A stretch of 64,000 nucleotides of DNA from Sphyrna mokarran. Its lineage: Eukaryota. Below the pieces are notes generated by a model. It saw nothing but the letters and a program-made list of their open reading frames with translations. It was not told the origin of the DNA and did not search any database. The position numbers and the translations under genes are program-made. The DNA lies in NCBI GenBank assembly GCA_024679065.1, contig JAGIQG010000020.1, positions 17,360,001 to 17,424,000 on the forward strand, read 5' to 3'. This document shows positions 12,099 through 23,300 of the stretch, piece by piece (positions within the stretch are counted from its first letter, which is position 1; every line of letters begins with the position of its first letter).

Positions 12099-12323
12099 TA
12101 TACAGATGCCGGCGTTGGATTGGGGTGGTAAGAACTCAGTAAGAATTTAGCAACACCAATTTATAATCCAACCGATTTATTTGATAGTAAAAACGCGAGC
12201 TTTCAACACTCTGTGCATTTGCCTGAGGAAGACACAGAGTGTTGAAAGCTCGCGTTTTTACTATCAAATAAATCGGTTGGATTATAAATTGGTGTTGCTA
12301 AATTCTTACTGAGTTCTTACCAC
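12099..12323. mobile_element. Penelope-like element terminal (pLTR) fragment forming a perfect inverted repeat, with 13-bp TSD
   Basis: Arms 12125-12215 and 12233-12323 are exact reverse complements. CCACTCTAAATGA at 12086-12098 and 12320-12332. Homologous to the tail downstream of the GIY-YIG-type remnant (61600-61700). Confidence 0.85.
12223..12260 (+). ncRNA. minimal hammerhead-ribozyme-like motif (Penelope type)
   Basis: CTGAGGA (CUGANGA box, 12223-12229), stem II GACAC/GTGTT, GAAA box (12244-12247), short stem III, then AATAAA. Confidence 0.55.
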
Positions 12324-13019
12324 TCTAAATGACACAGACTTTTAGGAGAGGAGCTAGATCATAAGAATGGAACTTCTACCAATAGGATATAAATGAGAAA
12401 TGTTGTTACTGTAGATGCAACAGCAAACTTGTTCCTGTCCTTACACCATGTGCTGCAATAAAAATGGGGCTTTTCAGAGAGCACAACATGTTGCACACAT
12501 GATTGAAACTAGATATTTGTTATGTCTGCATCAAAACATATTTTAGATAACCATGAAACAACTTTATAATTTTGCATTTTGATGAACCACTTGTCAATTC
12601 TACTGTTAATTTGCTTATTTAAGTTGGTCATGTCAGAGTTTCATATGCTTTAATTAGTTATTGGATTGTCATTTGAATAAAGGTCAAAGACAAATTTAAT
12701 GATTTTAATATTGTACAATCTTATCTGAATTAACTTGATCATGAAAGATCGTAAAGTTTCAGATGGATAAATGTCTGGTCGTTGAAGATTTGAAATCTCT
12801 GGAGAGAAGAGAACAGTACTGTCAATGGAATTTCAGTCAGATGAAATGTTGGGCACACTTGAATGGCATAGCAGTAGAAAAGGAAAGTATCATACAATGA
12901 TTTGGATGAAGGGATTGAGTATAATGTTTTTTCCTCAATTGAAGTTAAGCACACACAAATCATTAATTAGATGATTACCTGAGCGCACATAAAATTTATT
13001 GACACAATTTGAGTGGAGT

Positions 13020-13600
13020 CAGGGGATGTCTATCTGTATATTTCAGTCTGAAATCTATACAAAGATTGGTTCTGGTTCCTGGTAATGCAGCCAAATTTAT
13101 AGATATTACAAAGGTAGGCAAATGATTATGAGGAAGGTGTGATCTGAAAAGGATATACTTAAGTTGAGTGAGCAAGTGAAGTATAATGTGAGAAACTGAG
13201 GTTGTTCAGTTTGGCAGGAAGAATAAACAAGCAGAGGGGGAGAGACTTAGACTGTTGCGGTATGGAGGAATCTTCTCGTACATGAATCACAGACATGGCA
13301 TACAAGGACAGCAAATAAGTAGGAATGTTGTCATTTATTGCAAGAGGGATAGAATATATAAGTGAGGATGACTTGTTACAACTGTCCATTGCATTGGTGA
13401 TATTGTACCTATAATATTGCATATTGTATTGATCTCCTTACTTAGGATATAATACATTAAAAGCAGTTCAGAAAAGGTTCAGTAGCCTGGTCTGAGATGA
13501 AGGTGTTGCTTTTGATGAAAGGTTGATTCTAAACTTACTGGAGTGTCTACGAATGAGAGGTGATCTTATTGAAACATGAAATTCTGGGGGACTTGATCGG
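13020..13600 (+). mobile_element. old CR1 LINE RT/3' fragment
   Basis: Degenerate similarity to the other CR1 copies (GCAGTTCAGAAAAGGTTCA; GAATGAGAGGTGATCTTATTGAAACAT). Confidence 0.75.
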
Positions 13601-14936
13601 TGAAGAAGTCAGTCAGTAAAGTGCAGAACTCTGCTACCTTATGTTACCTTAGCATTGTTACGCAGAACTTCCTTGAGGCTTCTCCCTGCTTGATGCTCTA
13701 CAACCGTAAAGCTGAGAAAAGAAATTGTTTTATTAAGAGTCTTCATCTCACTTCAGGCCTATTCACACCTAACAACTGGCCCTGAAAACTGCTCATTTTT
13801 ACCACTTGTGACAAATAGCAGCACAACAGTTGAGGTGGTTAGCAACATTCTAAATAAAACAACACAAATATTCTTAAAATTTAGCTTGCCTTTTCTCCAA
13901 ATGTTATCAGATCCTTAAAAAAAAAAACCAAGATCCAAATCTCCATCTTCACCAAAACAGGATGCATTTGGAAAGCTACAGAATGCACAGAGAGTCTTTG
14001 TTTGGAAGCTATAGATGTGCATTGGAAAGCGCAAACCAACCCCAATAACTGATCTATCTGACCTCCAAGCACATCCACCTCATAGGTGCAGAATCTGTAG
14101 ATTGTGCATTGGACTTATCAGCTATGTTATGGTTCATTTTACTGGGGTGAAAGCAAGTCATCCTTGACTCGGGGTCTGCCTAATATGATATTCAGTATAA
14201 CTGAGGTAAATATGAAATGGAGTTTGAAAAAATGCTCAGTATTCTGTTATATATGCTGGATCTTTTGTAAAACAAAGCATTTTTGAAAAGGTGCACGCAT
14301 TACTGCTTAGGTCCTCAAAACTTGCACGTTGCTCTCTGGTCTCTTCCGCAATTTTAGTTATATGTCCAGTCAGTGCTAATCAAGTGTTGCTGGCTTAAAA
14401 TTGATTTTGCATTCCCGAAGCAATCGGATTGTTGAATGCTGCCTAGGTACACCTTATTTTTCCTTTCTGTCGATCTCTTGCCCTGCTCCCTTTTTTATTC
14501 TTGTATAATCTTTCATCCCGCTACGTAAGGAAGGCACGTCAGTGAAGGCAAGATGGCAGCACTTGTAATTAGCTGTTGCCCACTTTGGTCAAAAGTGAAG
14601 ATTTTGTTGTGTCTAAATGGAATGATAAATTTATTTTATATATGAAACCTACTCTTATTTTATCCTGGCCAGTATCGGTGTTTAACTTGCTTCAATGTTT
14701 CAAAATTGAAGTGCACTGGAAATGAACAGAATTGATGCTCCTACAAAATTATTGCATGATATACATGTGGAACAGCTGCAAGCTATTTGGTATTAAATTA
14801 GTCATAACTTGTAGTAAAGCTGTACTTGACATGCATTCTCCTAATCCCCAGAAACTCTACAGATGTTGGGGCAAAGACTCAGGTTTTGGCTCAAATTTCC
14901 ACAATTTTCAAATTGCCCTGCTGATATTCAAGTTGT

Positions 14937-15060
14937 GATGTGGAGATGCCAGCATTGGATAGGGATAAACACAGTAAGAAGTCTCAACACCAGGTTAAGG
15001 TCCAACAGGTTTATTTGGTAACACAAGCCACTAGCTTTCGGAGCATTGCCTCTTCATCGA
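14937..15060 (-). mobile_element. Penelope-like terminal fragment with degenerate hammerhead motif
   Basis: Minus strand reads GATGAAGAGGCAATGCTCCGAAAGCTAGTGGC...CCAAATAAACCTGTTGGACC...GGTGTTG; homologous to 12105-12215. Confidence 0.75.
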
Positions 15061-15279
15061 ATGCAAGTTGTCACATGCATAGTCTTGGCTGAGTGGTTGA
15101 GTTGAGCTGAAACAAATTCAGATAGCTATTTTCCTTTCCAACCTGATAAAAGTATTTAAAGATTGAATAAGATGCTACTTATCCTTTTTGGGCAGTTCCT
15201 TTGAATGGAAGATGACTTGTTTCCACTTCAATTTGGTGCATTCTGAAATGATTGACATGCACGATCTGCAATCTCTGCT

Positions 15280-15790
15280 ATATGCAGTACAGATGGCGCT
15301 TGGAGGATTTTGTACATTCCTGACAAAGTTTGTAGATGTGTCTGGTGTGTTCTGCAATGAGCACTTATTTTGGTTAGTCACAACCCAAGGTTTCTCATGA
15401 GTTGGTGAGTAGACTTCACCTCTTCAGGGACACTTTAAGAATATCCCGAAAACTTTCCTCTGTCCTCTTGGGAATCTTCTGCTACGATGAGTTGCTTTGG
15501 AAATCTGGTGTCAGATATACGAGCGATCTGTTCCAGGAAGAGGAGTTGATTGAGTAATTTGCATCTCGATGCTGGGCAGATTGGCTTGGGGGAGGATGCT
15601 AATATTGGACTGCTTTTTTATACTAGTGCATTTTGAGGCTCTTCTGAAGGTACTGCTGATGGTATTTCTCCAATGGTTTGAGATCCCTGCTGAATCAAAG
15701 TCTCCCAAATCATTCAGGAGCTGCCTGCCTTGGGTTTGAGATCCTGGGTCTCAAATATTCTGAGGAAACAAGCAAGGCTATACGAGCGCT
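15280..15790 (-). mobile_element. RTE-clade LINE fragment (RT C-terminal region)
   Basis: Minus-strand QSNISILPQANLPSIE and RRFPRGQRK remnants resemble RTE C-termini. Confidence 0.6.
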
Positions 15791-16139
15791 TTTGCTACTA
15801 CAGTCAATCCTAGAGTGATGTGTTAGTCTGGAAAGGAATATATTTTGAACAGAATTTTTACTGCAGAAGACTAAATTGGAAAACAATATTTAAATTGGAA
15901 TGAGAAATAACTTGTGAATGACTTGGTGATATTAATTTGAGCATTTGTATAAACCTCATCTCCTTAAACCATTTCAACTTATCATAAGCTTCATGATGTA
16001 AATTCTTACAAGTTAACGAAATGATAACAAGTGTTTGGCTGACTATACAATGAGAAGTGAAAATTACAACTTTGTACTATGAATTGCTTTTCATAGTACA
16101 AAGAATTCTGAAACATTATCACTGAAGATAGGAGAAATT

Positions 16140-16765
16140 TCAGTTTTCAGGTGGAAGTGCTGAAGAATGAACAGTGACCAAAGATATGAGAGGGGGGAAG
16201 GGAATGTGTGCTATTGGGGCAGTGCCAGCCTGGGCTCCTGGTACTGCCCAGGTGGCAAGATGCTGATGCTTAGGGGCAGGGACTAATGGAAATTGGGGCT
16301 TCTGAGGGGGGGAGATCAATGGGGGGGGGGTGGCCAATGCTATTCTACAATTGGGATCGGTGGGGGAGGAAAAGAGGCTAACGATCAGGATTAGCCATCG
16401 GGATGAGAAAGATTAGGGCCATTGCGGGTAGTGGATAGGGACAGAGAGACATTTGGGTGGGATGGGAGGTGGTGCCACGATGATGCAGAAGTCACAGGGC
16501 TTGTCTACCAGTTGGGAGGCCAGCAGACGGGTCATTGCACATGCGCCAATCTCGACGCTGAGTGGCCCACTCAGCGCTATGTTGCCGCCTCTCCAGTGGG
16601 AATAGGCCCCACCCGCTGGTTTTCTGTGTGAATCATGCTTGTACACCCTGCACTGCACAGTGTGAGAGAGATTCATTTTGGAACTCTCGCTAGAAAACAG
16701 TGAGATTTATTCCAGTTTTTGCGCAAGTTCAACACTAAGAATTTTTTTTGGGAGTATCCCACCCC
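16140..16765. repeat. G-rich unclassified interspersed repeat (possibly non-autonomous DNA element)
   Basis: Abrupt GC/G-run-rich block in an AT-rich intron with no credible ORF. Family not assignable by eye. Confidence 0.4.
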
Positions 16766-17944
16766 TGAGATTTTGTAGGAGATGTTTGAAGGTAGAAGCA
16801 AATATGCTGAAATTGATAGTTCAGGAAGAAAATCTGAAAATGCTGAACTTCATCAGCTTCTGGCTTTGTCACCATTTCTGGGGACGGCTGGGAATGAGCA
16901 GATGACCAGATTCGAGCAAGAGGCATTAGTTGCAGAAATGTGAAGTCACACCACAGGCAATTGGTGAATAAAGGTATTTGAGATTGCTGTTTTAAGATGA
17001 GAATCAGTGGATGCGTTGCATTAACATCTAATGTTTGAATTGGGAATCTATATTTTAACTTCTGTACCAAAGAGTGGGCATTAAAGAAAGTTACTGTGAA
17101 CATCAGCATCAATATTCTTTTGATAAATTCTGTGTATCTGAAGTCAGTTGTACTATGTTCTGTACAAGCTTACATAAATTTCTGTGGGCATTGATCACTG
17201 CAATGTTCAGATAACCCTGTAAACAATGTTGTTCTGTTGATCCTTCTGAAGCAAGTAAGCTGAGAATTAAGTTATAAAGTTCAAAAGGCAAATCCTGACT
17301 GTATTTCTCTCCACAGAAATTACTTGTCCCAGGCAAATGTAATGAATGAATACACTTCAGTGCACTGCGTAAAACAGTTGTGAGCTAAATTATTTGTTCT
17401 ATTCATGAACAATCGACCCATTTTTTTTCCCCTCATGAATCACAATTGCTTTCAATGGTTTTCCTTGATAATTTTGTGCAGCATGATATAACCATTCTGG
17501 CCAGTAGTTTGATCTAATTAATAACGACTAACCCTCAAATACACTGTTAAAGAAGAACATTTCTAAAATTGACTTAGAGTAGGCAGTTAATCTTTACTTC
17601 ATCTTTTAATATTCTTTCCTGTGTTTTCTAACATGGTCTTCTAGCATTTGCAAAAATTATAGCTGAATAAATGTTTGATCATTACAACTGATCTTCGGAG
17701 GTGCTTATGAAAAATCTGTGGTGACCACACCAAATAAACTTTTCACGTCCAAAATCAAATAACTATAGCTTATTCCAAGAATGCTTTTGTAACCCCTTTA
17801 AATTTACCAGGCAAACATGTATACATATGTGTCGTGTTTGTGCTGTGATGCATGTTCCTACTGCTCTGTTTCCTTTCTGTTCAAAGCTTTATTAAGTTCC
17901 CACAAAATTCATGAAGGCACATTTGTGTGTTTTTTGTAAAGACA

Positions 17945-18540
17945 GATTGGGAGCAGGAATAAGCCATTTGGCCCCTTGAGCCGATTCTGCTGTTATATAA
18001 GATTATTGCTGATTTGATTGTGGCCTCACTTCTACTTTTCTGTCTATTGCCTATACTTTTGATTGCCAAAAGAGTCAAATCTATCTAACTCAGCCATAAA
18101 AATGTCCAATGATGCTCCCTCCATTGATCTCTGTGGAAGGGAATTCCATAGATCAACAGCCCTCAGAGACAAATCGTTCTCCTAATCTCTGTCTGAAATG
18201 GGAGACAGCTTAATTTTAAATTGCTCCAAAGTTTTAATTTCTCCCACAAGGGGAAACATCATCCCAGCAACAGTAGGATCACTTCATTGCACTAAACTCC
18301 AGATGATAAAGATCCATCCTTTTCCTCGTAAGATAATCCCTTCATCGCAGGAATCTGAGTGAACCTTGTCTGAACTATTTCTAATGTTTTTAGATCCTTT
18401 CCCAAAGAGGAGACCAAATTGTACACTGGCTTCAGGTGTGGGCTTCACCAATGCCAGACAATGGTAGCAAAGCTTTTTTTTAATATTCCACATACCTTGT
18501 ACCTATAGGCTACCCTTTGGTGATTCATGGAACAGGGTTG
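17945..18540 (-). mobile_element. CR1 LINE 3' fragment
   Basis: Minus ORF ALVKPTPEASVQF (LVRPHLEY-like); reverse CR1 3'UTR near 17950-18020. Confidence 0.8.
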
Positions 18541-18639
18541 ATCTTCTGACCGACCACTGTCTTCACAGAATTGTTTGGTTAAGAATACTATGACTTCCAG
18601 ATAGAGCCTTCAGTTTGGTCTTTTTGCTATTTTTGCAAA

Positions 18640-19150
18640 CTATGGCCCTAACTGCTGTCACATTCTTAAGTTTTTACACGCTGTCCCTTCCTTCCCTCTA
18701 ATACATTTGTTATAGATAGCTACCTTGCTCTCTTGCTGTATTCTCTCCATTTGAATTAGCACATGGTCCCTTGCCATGTGCTAAATCAAATTTACTATTT
18801 AGTATAAACTAAATAAACTATTTTAGGTTTTGTATACTAAATATACTATTTAGTATAAACCTTCATGATTGTCTAAATTATTCAAGTTGTCAGAACACTG
18901 AACCAACACCATTCAAATGAAAGCCATCCCAATGGAATAGCTCCCACTTTCTTCGGTCCTGGTGTTAGTGAACCATAAATTGAAGCCCAATCTTTGAACC
19001 ATGCATTGAACTCCCTAATCTGATTTATCCTATGCCTATCTGCTTGTGACTTGGGTAATAATCTGGAGTTTATTGCCTTTGAAATTCTGCTTTTTAAATT
19101 GGCCCCTAGCTGCTCATATACGGAACCTCTTCCAAGTTTTATCAATGTCA
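18640..19150 (-). mobile_element. CR1 ORF1 (SGNH esterase-like) fragment
   Basis: YEQLGANLKSRISKAINSRLLP...RINQIREFNAWFKDW resembles the CR1 ORF1 esterase domain. Confidence 0.7.
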
Positions 19151-19199
19151 ATTGATAGTCAGATGAATCATGACAACAATATACAACCCCTCTCCCCCA

Positions 19200-19520
19200 C
19201 CAGTGAAGTGTAATTTAGATAACATGGCAACCAATTTATACACAGCAAGGTACCAGAAACATTAGTGAAACAATTGACAGGATAATTTACTTTTTGGTGT
19301 TGGTTGAGAAATAAATGTTCAAGGCATTGGGAGAATTCACGACTCGTCTTAGAATAGTCTCCAGAGATCAATCTTGTTGATCATCAGTTTTAACACCATA
19401 TGTAAAACAGCATTTCTCAGTGTGCTGTCGAATGTTGCCTGAGATTTGTTTTTAAGACCTGAGGTGAAACTTGAAGTCATGAACTCTTGAATCCAAAGAG
19501 TATTGCTGTGGAGCCGTGGT
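19200..19520 (-). mobile_element. DeuSINE (SacSINE1/AmnSINE1-like) remnant
   Basis: Plus strand CACAGCAAG...GTTGGTTGAGAAATAAATGTT...GGGAGAATTC resembles the reverse of the Deu domain (recall). Related remnants near 37700-37890 and 50930-51010. Confidence 0.55.
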
Positions 19521-20055
19521 TGATGTTTGCTGCAATTATTTTTATACATTAAATTTAATGCTGTGAGTTAATTGATGCGTCTATGGTGTGCTGTACCTTG
19601 ATTTGAGCCTATGATCCTACCTACATGTCTGTTGTTGTTGTTAGTCAAAGAAATTTGCTGACTTCATAATAACTAGTGAAACTTCAAAGTATTCCAAATT
19701 AAAATTGAGCAGTTTTCAAAGTAACCTGATGCAGACTAACTAGCTTGAATTGTACCAGTCTGTGTATGTTGAACTAATTGGTTAGGACAATTATATAATT
19801 ATCCCAGTCTTATAAAATTTTTATGCCATCCAAGAAAAAAACTCTTAAAGCAAATGAAATGCATTGTGCTTCCTGGATTTCTTGTGAAATAAGAATACAT
19901 ATTCTGTTGTCTGTGTGATTTCCAAAATCTTTCTGATCAATGTTGACTGCTTTTTTTAATGATTTTGAAGCAATGTAAAACGAGATGTAAAATGAATGCA
20001 ATACATTTGCCCATCATTTTTTTCCTCATAGATGTGCACATTTAACTGTCAGTAC

Positions 20056-20253
20056 TGTTAGGAATGGATTAACAGACTTTCCAATTAAGTACCTAATTTG
20101 ATGTCAATTATTCAGTAGAAGTTGCTGATAGGTAAAACGGCCGCAGATGGCACTATTTTTTTTGGAGAATTGTTTGTGGAGTTGGATCAAAGAAATAAAG
20201 GTATTTTATGAAGAAGCAGAATTCCTGTCTGTCTTAGAATAACTGCTCACACA
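20056..20253 (+). repeat. 5' LTR
   Basis: TGTTAGGAATGG...AAAGAAATAAAGGTATTTTATGAAGAAGCAGAA...CACA, shared with 24865-25067. Confidence 0.9.
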
Positions 20254-20254
20254 G

Positions 20255-20270
20255 TGGTAGCAGAGAATAG
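20255..20270 (+). promoter_or_regulatory. primer-binding site complementary to the initiator tRNA-Met 3' end
   Basis: TGGTAGCAGAGAATAG versus expected TGGTAGCAGAGGATGG, 1 nt after the LTR CA. Confidence 0.88.
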
Positions 20271-20391
20271 CTGTTGGTTATAAGTTAAAGCTTTTTTGGG
20301 GCAGTGGTGGTAGGGGTGGGGCGGGGCAGGACAGGAAAGAAAGAAGACTTCTCACTCTGAATCAATAAAGGAGTGTGTAGAAGACAACAAA

Positions 20392-23300
20392 ATGGCTGAA
20401 CCCAGGATAAAAATGTCACGTATAACTATCCACTTATGTTCAGAAATTGAACTTCATGACCAATGAATAAGTGCATCATATGGATTATGGTAACTGCTTT
20501 GGGGAAAAGGAAACAAGAATTGTATTGGCTCACTTTACCATGTAGAAGCAGGATCAGATGCAAAGTGTTTTCCAAATTGGAGTTGGAACATTTGAACTCG
20601 GAAGAAGATTTGGATAATTTATTAAACTGCATGGATAAGATTAATCAACAAGATGAGTTATTAAGTGTGTGGGGAGCCTGGTCAGAATTTGATAGATTTT
20701 GGAAATCAGAGCACACTCCTCATGAAGACTGTGTGATGGAATTCTGTAGAATATATAAAAGGCTGCAAAAACAACACCTGGAATTTCCACAGTCCGAGTT
20801 AGCATTTAAGTTACTGGACTGTGCTAAAGTTACCAATACAAATAATCTCTGTCAAAGCCAGAAGGCTATGTTTGTAGGTAATACCTTATTCAATCAAATG
20901 TCAGAGGCCTTAAAAAAAAATATTTTTAGGGAACATTCTGTATGGCTTTTATGACACAAGTAGGTCAGTCAATGATAAAACGGAATGTGGAAGGTACACT
21001 GTTAACAGGGTATTAAGATCATACAGGCACAAGCAGGCTACAAGAATATGGCAGAAGATTGGGACCCAAAAATGATGAAAAGAGAAACTTCTTTAACACC
21101 TGTAGCAAAAGGCAGGATATAGAGAATGGTGACAGGAAAAAGAACACTAGAAACGTCCAGCCTATGACAAATCGGTGTGACTCTAAATTTCAATACACTT
21201 TCAACTGTCCGAAACGATTTGATAACGCTTGAAGCTAAACATGGAAGAATTGGAACATAAGATAGTGACCAAAAAGAAGGCATTATCCTATCAACAAAGT
21301 TTTACTGCTGTAATGAGAGTTTTGGTTGCAGAATTCCTTAATTGTCCTATATTAAACAATGACTGTACATACACATTGTGTGGAATTGACTGGTTAAACT
21401 GTTACTTGGACTCTAAATGCTGAAAATTGTAACAAGGTTAGAAAATTTGAAAGTTCCACAAGTTTCAGATTTGGGGATGATAACACTCTGAAGTCACTAA
21501 AGAGTGGTGATCCCTTGCAGTATTGTGGGAGTGAATCATTTCATTAGCACAGATGTCAATGAAATATCTTTGTTTCTAAATAGACAGTTGGTGAAGAAAG
21601 CACACATGAAACTCATTATGGAAAATGATAACAAATATTGGAAAAAGGGTAGATTTACAATAGTGTCCTTACCTTGTAAAGAGTAATTTAATGACAAATA
21701 ATCTTTTGGGTAAAGAATTTAAGGAAGTGTTAGCATGTGGAAATTGGACTTTAACTGATAAAAAAGCTCATTGCAATTTGCGCGTCCATCTTGGAGGCTG
21801 AAAAATTTATTGAAGGATGCAGGAGTAAGAGATGAATACTATATTGATCGAACATGTCAGTGATCATGTGAAGTTTGTAGTAAGTACTGAAGGGCACCAT
21901 CATGACCGACAGTGATTTTTAACAACATTGTGGCCATGTACCTTCAGATCTGGGATGAAGCAAATAATAATTTTATTTTGCACTTTGATTAAATCTGGTC
22001 ACTAAATCTACAATCAACCATTATACGTAATAGAGAGCAATTCTGGATTAGATTATGGGAAAAAGAATGGGGACAGGAATGGGGCCAACTGGTAAAGTTC
22101 TTTTTATAGACAATGTGGGGTGGGGGATGGTGGAATTTGCTAATGATGAATTTAGGGATATGTGTGAAAAACATGAATATCGTAGTTATGAATACTATAC
22201 TGTGAAAAGCCTATTTAGTAATGGTGTGTGTGAGAGAAACCATGTGGGTAATAGATGATATCCTCTGGAAAATTTTGGCAGATATACCAAATTGCAAGTT
22301 AAATTCAGCCTTAACGTGGGTGGTGCATGCAAATAATTCATTGCAGATGGTTAGGAGCTGTAGTCCCTATCAATTAATATTTGGTAAGAATCCTAACATT
22401 CCATCCATTTTGAATGATCAACCTTCAGCTTGGGAAGGCACTACAATTAGTTCTGCCTTTGCTGAGCATTTAAATGCATTGCATATAAATAAAAGAACAT
22501 TCTGGAAGCAGAAGTCTCTAAAAGAATTTGTAGAGATTTAAGGAATAACATGCGGCCATCAAATATCATTTTTCAACTAGGAGGCATAGCATACTATGTG
22601 AGACAATTTTGATGAATGGAAAAGCCGAAGGGAAAGTTATAGGCATTGATGACAAAACAATTTAATTATTTTGCAACATGGTAATCAGACTGTTAGGGTT
22701 CCTAAATCAACGATAGTAGATACAGTTTACAAACTTGCGAATTTACAAAGAGTAGACAGACATCATGAGGAACCAGGGTCATTTGATAATTGCGTGTTAT
22801 AGAACTATGAGGACCAGTTAACTGAAATAGACAGGGTACCTGTAGAAGAACACAGTACTCCTGATGGACTAGAACAGGCCATTTTTTTCAAAAGGACAAC
22901 TGCCAAAAGTTGGTGCAAAACTAACATGCTTGTCTGAAGGATCCAGTCAGTGGAAGGGTGCAAATTGTCATTAGTGGAACAGAGAAGACCACAAGAAAGT
23001 ATAAACACTGGTTGAATGTACAGAATATAGGGAGGCTGTCAAGACCACGGATTGGGAACACACTTTCAACAATGGAGGGCACAGAAACTTAGCGCCAGTT
23101 CAGATGATGTCTGATAGTGAATGTGATCACACAAGAATTATGAAAAGAACATTTCACAAAGGAGGGAAAGATCAAGCACTGGTAGTACAGAATGAGATAC
23201 GAGGCAGAAATTGTGGGGGGTGGAAGGGTGATTTAGCTTGACAAGGTATTGGAGTATGGATAAGACTATGAATGTTGCTAGGAATAGAAACTCATGCTTG

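Noticed and set aside
12125-12323. Palindrome as a DNA-transposon MITE or a conserved pre-miRNA
   Set aside because: The arms are homologous to a Penelope tail, extra element sequence lies outside the left arm, the TSD is 13 bp, and a perfect 91-bp stem is unlike canonical miRNAs.
20463-20954. 163-aa ORF as a domesticated gag gene
   Set aside because: Frameshifted upstream, truncated downstream, and part of a uniformly decayed element.
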